From Marsupella aquatica (Eukaryota; Plantae; Marchantiophyta), in NCBI GenBank assembly GCA_973895155.1, contig OZ316895.1, positions 24,247,538 through 24,311,537 of the forward strand: DNA of 64,000 nt, written 5' to 3'. A program made the translations under genes and the position numbers. The notes below the pieces were generated by a model. The model searched no databases, was not told the origin of the DNA, and saw only the letters and a list, made by a program, of their open reading frames with translations. Positions 49,701 through 60,657 of the stretch are shown one piece after another (the stretch's first letter is position 1; each line of letters opens with the position of its first letter).

Positions 49701-50018
49701 TTGAAGTTCACCATCAATAACGCTCCATTGATGACCATTTGAATCCAACACACCGAGTGAAATCAGATTCTTACGCATGCCAGGTACATACCTGACTCCG
49801 GACACTGTGCGCACAGCGCCATCAAACATTTGAATCTTCACAAACCCAATTCCCTCAATTTGACAGGAGTGATCATTTCCCATCAGAACTGAACCGTTTG
49901 AAATAGAGTAAGAACTGAAAAACTCACGAATGTAACAAATATGAAAAGAGCAAGCACAATCAAGAATCCACACATCATCTGCTCTCCTAGATGACGTGCA
50001 CAGGGCATACCCCCGGCT
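46746..50018 (-). CDS. pol: Copia pol (protease, integrase, RT, RNase H)
   Basis: WILDCACSFH, LWHSRLGH, HSDVWGP, LRSDNGGEY, YKARLVAKG, LYVDDML, YVDSDY, KHIDVRYHF. Confidence 0.95.
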   Translation of the reverse strand, partial: SRGYALCTSSRRADDVWILDCACSFHICYIREFFSSYSISNGSVLMGNDHSCQIEGIGFVKIQMFDGAVRTVSGVRYVPGMRKNLISLGVLDSNGHQWSVIDGELQVRSGETVILKGSRQKNLYVLQGNTVCGEANVTKSHEEMTQLWHSRLGHMSEKGLAILRKNGLISDLQSCKLEFCEHCILGKQHRRAFGVGTHRSKAVLEYIHSDVWGPSPTPSHSGKLYYVSFIDDYSRFVWIYFMTHKSDVLSIFKKWKAQVENQTGNTIKCLDTRVKSLRSDNGGEYTSMEFEEYCSEQGITRHLTTVYTPQQNGVAERLNRTLLERSRSMLNQSGLPQEFWAEAVNTAAYLVNLSPSSAINFKTPFEMRYKRQADYHGLVIFGSDAYALTPKQNRTKLDPTSKKCVFLGYQSGVKAYRLWDPIACKLIVSRDVSFNESRLLKEGENTQVSRTDKRKSPIPDLIEGEIGYEVHDRREGVAPIMELVPVPEEPEEFVDAGEQQVDAVELQIVPAHADQPESSARRTSGRTVRAPSRYGQWVDSSQLQEDDFTADDEGDALILEEGEPSSFHEASASKEKQKWTAAMQTEMQSLKDNKTWELVKLPKGQQVVDSKWIYKLKDNSIGGGSKVYKARLVAKGFTQEKGVDYNEVFSPVAKYSTIRLLCVLVVMFGLLLDQMDVVTAFLYGTLEEVIFMRQPLGFVKRGQEELVCRLLKSLYGLKQSPRQWNKRFDDWIRSQGFHRSVFDPCVYLKPVKNVVFGFIVLVLYVDDMLIAAKDRSEIVKLKALLSAEFKMKDLGPAKRILGMEITRDLEAGKLWLTQSSYARKVIARFNMENSKPVSTPLAPHFKLSSAFCPTDDTEKGLMSKVPYDKAVGSLMYLMTCTRPDLAMAMGKVSRYMSNPGKVHWEAVKWIIRYLKGTVDHGLLFDANAKNARSLIGYVDSDYGQDLDRRRSTTGYVFTLGGGCISWRSTLQKCIAQSTTEAEYVAAAEAAKEAIWLDRLITEMGLPQGNVKLHCDSQSALHLAVNQVMDSRVKHIDVRYHFIRQAMSDKLFELVKIDGKLNPADAFTKVIPLESFSRHRDVLQVLQLHHK

Positions 50019-51053
50019 TCATAAAACATACTCATCATTGAGTAAATCAGCTTCTCCATCAGCCCTAGCCACATTTGCCGATGAAGTTTCCGCTGCCTTT
50101 CCCTTACAGTCTCGCTTGAAGTGTCCAACTTGGTTGCACTTCCAACATGTCATCTGCCTCCTCTGAGGGGATTTACCCTTGGACTTAGATCTGGATTTAG
50201 ATCTAAACTGGGTTCTACGGTCCCCAGTTGGTCGCTGCATACTCCTCCCACGGTTAACATTGAGGGCAGCACCAGATGATGAAGGTTGTGACGTGATGTG
50301 CATCTTCTGCTGAAGATCATCACTAAGCAGAGAACTTACCACGTCATTGTATGAAATGGTATCCCTATCACGATGCAACAACACTCGTGATAGGGACTGG
50401 TAAGATGGAGGCAATGAACTAAGAAGCTGCAGAGCCTTCGTCTCATCATTCAAAGTCTCCCCAAGGTTTTCCAAGTCAACGACCATGTCGTTGAAAGCAT
50501 CCACATGGTCTTGCAACTTCGTACCAGATTCCTTCATCCTGAAACTCATCAGTTTGTAGGAAGTGTAGAGCCGGTTCGACAACTCCTTGCGGTGATACTT
50601 GCTCTGCAATTCCGCAAATAAGGACATGCAATCCTTATGTGCACCCAACTGCTTGATGATGGGAGGCATGAGATAGAGTGTAACACACCACACTCCCTGC
50701 TCCTGCATGCGGTCCCATTGTTTCTCATCAACATCGTCTTCACGAGGGCTCAGCAGTTGGCCCATCCCTGACGCATAAAGCACTCCCTTCACCTGCTTCT
50801 CCCATAGCAAGTAGTCAGAGCGTCCATCATACTTTGTCACTTCATACTTGGGTCCCCCAAGCTTGAAAGTCCCCATCTTCTTCTTTACCGTGAGCTCCGG
50901 TAGTAGTACTGCTTCCTCCACCACACGCCGCACCGGTGATGGTATCGGTGTCACGTGCTCTTCCTCCTGCTCCTCTCTCTGCCCCTGAAACCTCCGCGGT
51001 GACCCTCGTGCTTCAAGTTCCACGTCTTCGAAAAACTCCTCCGAATCACTCAT
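50019..51053 (-). CDS. gag: Copia gag, ending at a TGA in frame with pol
   Basis: KYDGRSDYLLW, LLSSLPPSY, zinc knuckle CWKCNQVGHFKRDC. Confidence 0.93.
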   Translation of the reverse strand: MSDSEEFFEDVELEARGSPRRFQGQREEQEEEHVTPIPSPVRRVVEEAVLLPELTVKKKMGTFKLGGPKYEVTKYDGRSDYLLWEKQVKGVLYASGMGQLLSPREDDVDEKQWDRMQEQGVWCVTLYLMPPIIKQLGAHKDCMSLFAELQSKYHRKELSNRLYTSYKLMSFRMKESGTKLQDHVDAFNDMVVDLENLGETLNDETKALQLLSSLPPSYQSLSRVLLHRDRDTISYNDVVSSLLSDDLQQKMHITSQPSSSGAALNVNRGRSMQRPTGDRRTQFRSKSRSKSKGKSPQRRQMTCWKCNQVGHFKRDCKGKAAETSSANVARADGEADLLNDEYVL

Positions 51054-52207
51054 ATGAGAAAGTCACAAAAAATGTTGTTTTTCACAACTTCTCAAAAAAC
51101 TCGAAACTCAACACCGCCGCGTAGCCCACAAAGCTAGGAGTCCAATACTGAAAACCGAAATCAAAATCGAAATTTGACGGAAAAGTTATTCAAATTTCGG
51201 TCGAGGTGGGTAAAACCTTGGGAAACTCCCCCGTTTTGACCACCTCAGGGAATAACCGAAATACCAAGTACAACCCGTTGTCGAAATTGCGATGTGATTG
51301 GTGCGCTGCATTGCCAACTTCAATGGCTACGACCTCGCCGAAAAATAACCAAAAAAGTTACCGTTCGGCGGATGAAATCTTTGTCGGACGGTCAAAAAAT
51401 AGCTCTCTGGTTTTTTGGAATATTCTATGACCCTTGTACAGGCCCTGTGGGAATTTTGGAAGAACAATCGAGGGGCTGACATGTGTCCTCGAACCCCCAA
51501 AACCCCCTACCACCCTTTGTCGTCGAAATCTGGTCGCGCGCGCAGAAAATACACACGGCAGAATGTACCCCTCGACACCAAACGCAAGATATCTCACTCG
51601 GGTTTTGACTAAATCAAGATCCGATTTCAGATTTGGAAACTAGACTCCGAGGCGATGAAGATCGATATAAGAAGCACCCAAAACGAGGAAAGAACGAGGG
51701 AGAAAAAAATTGGTAAAGATGACAGATTTCTCTCAATTGCCATAGCCAATTTCGAATCAGTTTTTCAAAGAGAAAAAAATGGTACCTTGTCAACAACGAA
51801 TGTTGATCAATTGCACTTGGTGTCGTCACCAAGTCCAACAAGGTAATTGATTTTGCTTAGCCTTCCTCTTTGCATCAAAGAGCCAATCCCGGACTCAAAA
51901 ACAATCGTCTTGCCTCAATCTCTCCGTTGAGTCAAAACACTTGACGCTTCTCCCTCCGAGTCGATTGCCAACTTTCTTCACAAAATCCAGAACGACGAAA
52001 ACTTAGATCTCTCTGCACCACGAGCTCCGTTCAACGATTTCTTCACACCGTTAGAAAGCTCTTGCCCTGATCTATCCGTTGAGCCCATAAACTCCAAGTT
52101 CCATGCGATGGAACTCTGGAAAATCCACCAACACTCAACGCTGGAAAAACCGTCATGAAATCCCGTCACGAACACACGTCACCTCCCAAGCATGCTCTGA
52201 TACCAAT

Positions 52208-52682
52208 TGTTGAGCATAGACGACGATCGCAACGGCAAGCCCATGAACCATCCAACGCACAATAGTCGACACAAGAGATACGTGGTTCACCTCCTTGAGG
52301 CTACGTCCACGGGAACACACAAGAGAGCTTTATTGAACTCTAAGCCCGTCGGCTATACCGAGTCTCCACAGTGTAAGCTCTCCCTATCTCTCAAGTGGCT
52401 CCATAACAATGAGCCTTGGTTCTACCTCTCCAAGCACACATGCCTCTTATGATATAGTGTGCAACTTAGTTGTACCTAACCACATAGTTGTACCTAACCA
52501 CATAGTTGTACCTAATCACGTAGTTGTACCTAACCACATAGTTGTACCTAATCACGTAGTTGTACCTAACCACATAGTTGTACCTAATCACGTAGTTGTA
52601 CCTAACCACGTAGTTATACCAACCCACGTTGTTGTACCAACCACGTCATACCTAACCTAGACGTAAGAGTAAATACCCAACA
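52208..52682 (-). repeat. 5' LTR
   Basis: Near-identical to 46080-46554 and adjacent to the tRNA-iMet PBS. Confidence 0.95.
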
Positions 52683-53433
52683 ATATACATTCTTTAGACC
52701 AATTGTACACTTTTTTATCCTCAAATGTACACTTTTCATTGGCCAAATGTACACTTTTCATTGCCCAAATATACATAAATCAAATAATAATACACTTTTA
52801 ATGAATAGGCTGATCTTAACAAAGGAGTGACACTCCTTGACAAAGGACATGCACTTGCTTCAGAAGGACCTAAACTCCTTGGAAAAGGTGTTAGACTCCT
52901 TGGAAAAGGACTTAGACTCCTTTCACAATGGACATGGATTGGACTCCTTGAAAACTGACACCCACTCCTTCACAAAGGCCACCCAGTCCTTAACAAAGAA
53001 GAACAACTAAGAGGTTAAAAAATGGTTGACAAGGGCTCACAGTCCTTGACAGAGAAGATTTCGGAACTCGTTTAATTGACACAAGTCATGAACTAAGTGT
53101 AAAAGGACTGTACAAGACTCGCTCTTGTGTACACTCCTTCCAAAAAGGACCAGACCCTCATCTAAGATTACTTGGATTAGAGAGTGACCGTGCTATTACC
53201 AACAAGAGATTGCTAAAGGTTCCTCATCATTTGCACATGACATTTGCCAATAGAGGGTTTAGTGAAGACTTACCAGTGAGAAACTGAAAATTGCTCAAAA
53301 ATATGATTTGCGACTGGTCTTTCAAAGCTGCACAAAGAGCATGGAGGAAGTTTTAAACACAAAAGGCATGAAAATCACGGTATGCGCATTGCAAAATGCA
53401 CACCACATCTTCAACAGCCACAGAATGTACGAC

Positions 53434-55470
53434 TTAAAACGTTATCTGAGGCATATTGTAAAGCTTCTTCTTTGGCCTAGCATCTACACCATCGCAATTT
53501 GGTGGAGGTATTGGCGGTCCATAAGGGCTTGGAGACTTCAGTGAAGAGTATGTCTTAAAGGTGACATCTGCCTCTGGGGAAAATGGGAGAGTGGCACTAG
53601 GCGTTAGCACATCTTGACCAGGCTTAGCACTCAACAACGGTATTAATTTCACCTTCCTGCTAGAATCTACATCACACTTTCGTTTTTTCCCTGAATCCTC
53701 ATCCTCAACCTTTGGTGACAACATGACCATCTTGGATGATCTGTCTTCACCACTGCAATCCTCAAAAGCTGCATCCTCAACCGTGGAAGAACGTGTTATA
53801 GAAGCCAAGCACCGCTCAACAATCTCTTGCAAATCCTGCTCCACAACAGCAGACCATGTTCCATAAGAAGCAGTACATAGTGGACAGTGCTCAACATCCA
53901 TTCGTAACCCATCCATCTCCAAAGATTGCAAATTCATCAATTGAAAGCCAACTAGCAATTAAAGTGCAGACCAGTGTGGATACCTTTCCTTCGATTGAGA
54001 CCATATTGTTCACCAACTGTTGCCTCTGGGCCAATCGCCTACAGTTCTTCCCATATAGGTCCTCCACTTCCACGGCCATTGGGTGATACTCCAGGGCTTA
54101 CTAGTGCCCTCTCTGTAGCCTTGCTCATCATCTAAACCCCAGGTTTGTAACCAGTCATTACTGAAATTTGCCCCTCATGCCTTGCATTGTGGGCCGCCCG
54201 TACATGAATGAATATAAGTAAACAAACATGCAGGATGATATGTGTGCCCACAGGATGATGGTATCCATTGCAACAAATTGGACAATTCGATACAGAAACT
54301 CTACTAAAACTTGTTTCAGTGGACGTAAGGGTATAACGTGGCATCATTGCAGGACATGGGTTGCATAAAACGTCTACCACAATCCCAAGCTCTACTTCCT
54401 GATGCTTCAAATTAGATTCAATCTTTCGGCGTTCTGCTGCTAACTTGTTAGATAAGTCAAACATCCGGGACATCATTTTAGGCACACTCTCGTCATACTC
54501 TTGTTTTCTCTGTAATCTTTCCTTCACACTATGCAAATCCCGTCGGGTGGCTTCCAACAGGCTAGAAAGCTGGATGATTGTACTCTCGTGAGTTCTCAGT
54601 GTTGTCTTCATCAAGGCCAACAAGTCGTTGTTAACCTACAATATCAACATTTCAAACAATCACATGTCTTGCCACAAGATCCATCGCCTAAAGCCCACAT
54701 TGAAGTCCACAACCGCAAACAAACGGGTCCTGAACAGAGAAAGTACATGATCCTAGCAAGATGAAGGAGGAAATCTCAAAGTACCTCTTCAATCGCCTCT
54801 CCTTCACCCTGCTTGTTGGATTCCAACTCAATGTCGGTTGTTAGTTCTTCCACTGCAATTTCTTCTGCATCAATTTCGTTGGAGATTTTATCTTCTTGAA
54901 GTCGTAGGTTCTCAATCTCTTGCTGTAATAAGCTCTCCACATCATCACGTCCCGACTGAATTGCCTTCAGTTTGTCCATGGTAGAATGGACCTTGTCGAA
55001 CCTCTTGTTCACAGACACGAGCTGACCCCTCATCTTAGATATCTCGGCTCCTATGGCAGATACCAGAACGTTCTTCACTTTCAAGGGAATCTGTCTCTTC
55101 TCCGATGGACGAACACATAGAATAGGTGTGGGAGGAGGTACTGTCCTAACCTTAGTCAAGCTGCAACTGCCACGCTCCTTGGGCACGACACTTTTAGGGC
55201 TCTCAAAAAGTGCTAACTGTCCGTCACAGACGACGGGTTTAGTCTTTGACGAAGACTTTGGAGCTGAATACAGTTGAGGCTTTCTAACACAAGGAGGGCC
55301 ATCAGGCCTACCTTTCCCATCTTGTGACCACTGAGGTACTTGACCCTTCAGTTTGTCGATGCATAAGCTGCCCAGTTTATCTTTCTATGAAGCACCCGCT
55401 CAGCATAGGCACCTTTGACAAATGTATGAGATAGAATTCCATTAAGAGGCTTCTCATACCTCTCCACCAC
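53434..55470 (-). pseudogene. Coiled-coil + RING-H2-like gene, disrupted; probably host-element cargo
   Basis: CPICC, then in a shifted frame SCGHTYHPACL...QCKA*G (54175-54285); long coiled-coil ORFs upstream. Confidence 0.55.
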
Positions 55471-55600
55471 TTGAGACAGTGCTAAAATCTCATGCGGAAT
55501 CTCATGCGGACGTGCTAAAATCTAGCGTGGTGTGTTTATCGGAAAGGAGTTCTGTTAGTGCCTGAGTCAAATCTCGAGAAGGGAGCGAGCGAACGGAAAA

Positions 55601-57505
55601 ATGGCCCGGTGCCAGGCTAGCTCGAGTGTTTGGGGCCTCTTCGTTATCGCTGTTGCGTTCAGAGTGCTTGGAGTGGCTGGTGACAACAATAAGGACTGGC
55701 TGGTGACAACAATAAAATCTATAGACCGTGTTTAGACACGACAGTGCAACGAGATGATGGATTCACTTTCGGGATGGCTTTTTCGGCGAACGCGTCCTTC
55801 TACAACAAAAACGTCCAGCTTTCCCCCTGCGATAAGCTGCTCACTGGCCTGCAAGGTGGTCAATTGGCCGTTTTCCGCCCTAAAGTCGACGAGATCAGTC
55901 TCCTCGTGATCGACATTACGGCTTTCAACCCGGTGATTGCTCATTCCCCTCTGCTTTCTTGTCGCTCTTCGAATTTTTTTCTAAACTCCGTATAAAGCTC
56001 TAGGGATGGCCGCCATTAGCTCTAAGTATCCCCGTGCAGTATTTCGGATGAAGAACTACTTCAGAATTGGTTCTGGCTGTACTTCGTGGCTACTCTCTCA
56101 ATCTTTCTTTATATTTTACTATCGCTATTTGCGTGATCAGTCCGCTCACCGGACAATGAAGGAATCGTTCACTAGCTACACGACTTATGAATGAGCCCCG
56201 GAATCAACGAAATTTGGAATTCAGTAGAAATGAGCTCACATAGGGAAGGTCCACAGAAAGACCATCATTCCATTTGCAGAAGCAAAGGTGTAGTAGTACA
56301 ACCGAGGTACGCGGAGATTAATTCATCGACTCTAGAGACGAGCAGTATTCAATACTATTTTGCCTCAATGGTGAATACCCATCTTGTCGTTTCCTGTTCT
56401 GGATCGCGTTGAGCACCGTTGTTTCCTAATTAGTTATAGATTTTATGAAGGGTCTAACTCCGGGTGTTCACTGGGGTACCTATCCACGGGATTCCTACTT
56501 TGAGATAATGAATTTAGTATTGGAGAGTTCAAAGTACTCTACGCATGCTCAGTATTCTCAATCTCTTCAGCTGTACCTTCTGCCAATTGCGCCGTGGATA
56601 CTCGAAGGCATTTAACAAGTAGAGTAGTGGAGCTGTTGTCTGGCGAAAGGCCGTCTCGTTGTCTCACTCGTATCTTTATTGAAGATGTTTACATGACTGC
56701 CCTCTATATACTATAGAAGAAAGCAACGGAATATCTTGAATGGCAACGACTCGAACTTCTTGCTTATACGTCCGACACGGACGGTGTGTGCCTTGGTGCT
56801 ATACAGGAGAACAATGGTGGATTTGGAGTCGTTTATGCTGGCAGGCAATATGCTGCTCTCTCCAAGCCAGTATTTCTCGCCAATGCGTCTTACCATGTCA
56901 CGAGTCTGTCAATGGTATGCTTCTCTTGCACATTTATACGATTAGTAGAATTTGAATCTTACATTGTCCCGGTGGACTTATCTTAACCAATGCCTCCTAG
57001 TCTCGAGAGCAGTTTGGGCTTATACTTTCTGGGTTCCTACATTTTATTCATCCATGCAAACCTTGTTTGATGTTCGTAGTGACGATGGGATCTTGGCAAT
57101 GTTGTTTTCCGACGTGATCGTTTTTGGCAGCCCAAGAAGGTGACCCATGCCATGTACATCTATGACTTTTTCTCCTGAATGCAGGTAATGAATTTCGACA
57201 AAGGAAGGCTGATGAATATCTTATGGAAGAATGATAAGTGTGCATCGTGTCAGGGCAAGAGTACGACCTTCGTTTGTTTGAACGGTGAACAGTGTGCAGT
57301 GAAGGCCTCTCTTTGCAACACAGGAGACCTCAAGACTAGAGTAGATTGCAGCTTAACTATCCAGTTAACTTTTTCAGGCACTGACAAGTATCAAGATTCG
57401 CTGAACACTTGGTATGAGCTCGAGAAGCTGCAACAGTACTCGCTCTTTGCCCTTTACAGCAACTTGAAGCGTCAGTTGGAGAATCAATTCCATCTTTATT
57501 TTTGA
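55601..57505 (+). pseudogene. Expp1-family secreted plant protein gene (3 exons), frameshifted by a 23-bp duplication
   Basis: Exons 55601-55932, 56807-56914, 57185-57505. Signal-peptide-like start, GDNN.IYRPC.D..V...DGFTFG, QLSPCD, LAVFRPKVDEISLL, DCSLTIQLTFSGTDK, LNTWYE...LQQYSL. Confidence 0.85.
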
Positions 57506-57749
57506 TCTGGGTGAACGGGATACAGGATGTGATGCACCACATGTGCATCTGGCAATACGTGACTCCCAGTTCCTGGGCCCGAAGATGCAGTCCGAGTGAC
57601 TCTCTAGTCACGAAGCACAACACAGAATGCCTTTCCACAGTTACAGGTCTTGAGCATGGCATGATATTCCCAATTGTTCATTTGGGCGTATAGCTCATTG
57701 CCTTTGCATAGTTCGTACGCTTGATATATTCCCGACTATTACTGTAATT

Positions 57750-58950
57750 GCCAATTTGTACATCAGATATAAACCCTTTCACATATTCCATTGATATGAT
57801 GCCGCTCGTTTCGATGGGCCAGACATCAATGGAACTGTTTGTTGAGATACGAAGCTGATTCGACCTCTGTAATTCTATCTTTTTGAAGTGCCTCTCCCTC
57901 ATCTTTAGCATATCGCCCTGTTTTCCGCTTAAAGCGTATCTTGTGCAATGTGATACAGGGGTCCATATCAGATTCTAGGCAATATTCCCCAAGCTTTTAT
58001 GTTTCGAATAACGTGGTTGAATCTTTGCTGTGTTTCTGATTCTATTTTGTTACAAGGACCCCAAGTTTATGAACGGTTGTGTTACAAAACGAGGAGTAAG
58101 CAGAAAGGAGTGAGATGTGGTTACAGCAGAGAGGATGAGCGTTTGGCAAGACTAATAGTTCTCTGTCGGTCACGACTGATGCTTGATGTTCAATTTTTTG
58201 GGGTGGATGCAGTTATTTTTAGCACATCAAATAATAACTTTGAACCGAGACAGCCCGATTGACAAGGTGGAAATGAAGATTACACGTGATGATTGTCTCC
58301 CTTCCAGTGTGACCTTCCGGATCTAACACCTGAGTATTTCGCTCCAACGGAATTAAGTACACAGACACTGTCACTTCAATAGTTTACAGGAACAGGGAGA
58401 TTGCAGATGTGAGCGCAGTCCAGGAGAGATCGTGGTTGATTGACAGAAATTCCAACAGGATGAAGAAAAGAAACTGCTACAAGATGAAGAAACCAAGCGT
58501 AGGAACCGTCACTCAAAACTTGGTCCTGGCTGTGAACGGAACTTGATGTTTTTCCTTGACTAAGATCAATATTTCCCTCGATGTGTTCCATGGTAACAAA
58601 CAAAGCCCTTTGCTCGACAACTAAATCTTCCTTGAGAGGGGGAAGTGAGTTAGTCATAGGTGAGAACCATTTTATGCAGTACAAGTACGAATGAACAACC
58701 ATCAGATTGCGAGAAACAAGGGTTTCCCAGAACACGGGTCCATTCTTATCCAAAAAACTCCATACGAATCTCGTAACTTTCCACTACAGTAGTAGGTCCG
58801 AGACTTTGTTTCGATTTCAATTTCTTCATTGCCATAAGGGCTGGGGAGGTTCCAGCTACTGTAGTTACTGCGCCTTACGAGATATTGGCACCAGCTTCCG
58901 AGCTCTACTGTAAGTTCAGGAGGGGCATCCTCGACTTGGATCTGGAACGC
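57750..58950 (-). pseudogene. Possible MAM33-family remnant
   Basis: Weak fragments only: FQIQVEDAPP, YGNEEIEIE, EALQK, MEYVKGFISD in different frames. Confidence 0.3.
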
Positions 58951-60462
58951 ACATGAAAATTGAAGTACTAGAGCGCGCATGAGAGACAAATATGGGAGTT
59001 TGATCTCACCTTCACAAAGCAGAGGAGAAATTTTCTCTCAGCTGTCCTCAAGCTCGAAACTGTAACTGGGAGCTGAGTCTCTGTTGCAGCGACATGATGC
59101 AAGGCTGTCCACTTTGCGTGTCGATATAGAGACGACGATTGGTAAAAGACAATAGCCTTGTTAATCAATGCTCTAATACTTGTCCTCGGTCTGCTCCCGA
59201 CGAGCCTCGAATCGGACAGGACCATCGCTGAGAACTTAACATTCGACAGGACCATTCACTTAACATAAGATTGCGCCAGGCATTGGCACGAACAAAGGAA
59301 AAAAGACAATACAGTCTGCAGCAATTCGATGAGAATATAATTGTCAAGACGGCTGCTATGAAATTTACAGTAAAGGCAACTCTTGGACGATGCTTGATAC
59401 GTTGTCAAATCTACCATGGAGAACTTTGGACGACTCTGGGTGGCTTGATCTTGTTACAAGCAGGAGATGCGCATTTTCTGCTTCGCTTGCGACAATGGAA
59501 GGGTTTCACCTTCAAGGCTTGTTTTCAGCTGAAGGATAGACAGAAACGAAGTGCAGTACTTGTGGAGTCTATGGAGTGCAGTCTGCCAAATACTGACATA
59601 CTGCAAGCACCGCTAATGCCAGAACAGAGCAATAAGCAAGCTCTGCGGTTTAGTTTAATGGTAGATGTCGACAATTCATTGAGTACATTTTGTCATCCAA
59701 GAAGTCCAGACAGCAAGAGACAGAAGTGACTCATTGAAGCTGAGTTAGAACGTCACCTCACCCGCAATTCAAATGAAATTAGTGGTTGATTCACTCAGGA
59801 TTGACCATGTTACTGAAAACTCTAACGATACATTATCAATCTACACACAAAAAGCAAACAGGGCAGGGCCATTCCTTCTATGGGATCGTTTTTTTGTGAC
59901 AGTTGGATTTGCCAGAAATCCATTCTGCAGGCCTCTCCCACACCCTCGGGCTCCCTCATGCCGGGAGGGGGAGGAGAGAAAAGGGAGGGAGCAGGTTTTT
60001 CCTTCCTGCCCCACAGCGCCAACCAACTGTGCCTGGACTCGTGATGCCATGGCTACCATCGCCTTTCTGGTGCGCCCCACACACATTCGCCCACCCAATG
60101 CCTCACCTCTACATTTTCTGTCTTTGCCTCACTTGGCCTGACCACTACATTACGTCATTACATTTTAGTGGACCTCACTCTTCCCCCAAACACAGCTCCT
60201 TGGGTGTTGTGTCTTTTGGTCAAACACAATGTCATTTTAACACGGCACTCGAGTGTTGTGTTGAATCTTGTTGTTGTGTTTGAGTTGGTCGAGTATTGTG
60301 TTGAATCTTGGTGTACAGTTGTCTTTGAGTGTGTTTGAGATTGGACCCTAAATTGTTCTACATTGAACACAAATAATAAAACATTCAAGAATCATATGAC
60401 AATGTCAATATTCAAACATAACACCCATTTTTAAACACAATGCCCTACAAATACAACAAAAA

Positions 60463-60657
60463 ATGAAAACACGACTCAAACACAACTGGGGTGCACTATT
60501 TGAATATAGGGCCCCATGGTCCAATATTTGAATACAAGACCATGACATTGTGTTTGGGGATGAAAACACGACTCAAATACAACTAGGGTGCACTATTTGA
60601 ATATAAGGCCCCATGGTCCAGTATTTGAACACAAGACCATGACATTGTGTATGGGGA
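60463..60657. repeat. 97-bp tandem duplication
   Basis: ATGAAAACACGACTCAAA...CCATGACATTGTGT at 60463 and 60560. Confidence 0.85.

Larger units (their letters stand above)
46080..52682 (-). mobile_element. Complete young Ty1/Copia LTR retrotransposon (6,603 bp)
   Basis: 475-bp TG...CA LTRs, 5-bp TSD ATATA (46075-46079, 52683-52687), PBS TGGTATCAGAGC (52194-52205), PPT AAGGGGAAGAT next to 46555. Confidence 0.97.
33731..52814 (+). mobile_element. Sola1-like transposon, copy 2 (inverted, decayed; ~12.5 kb plus nested Copia)
   Basis: Same TIRs at 33731 and 52814; TSD CTTA at 33727-33730 and 52815-52818; same gene order as copy 1. Confidence 0.92.

Noticed and set aside
15739-52814. Inverted duplication as assembly artefact or segmental duplication
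   Set aside because: Each copy has its own TSD and exact TIR ends, and the copies are substantially diverged.
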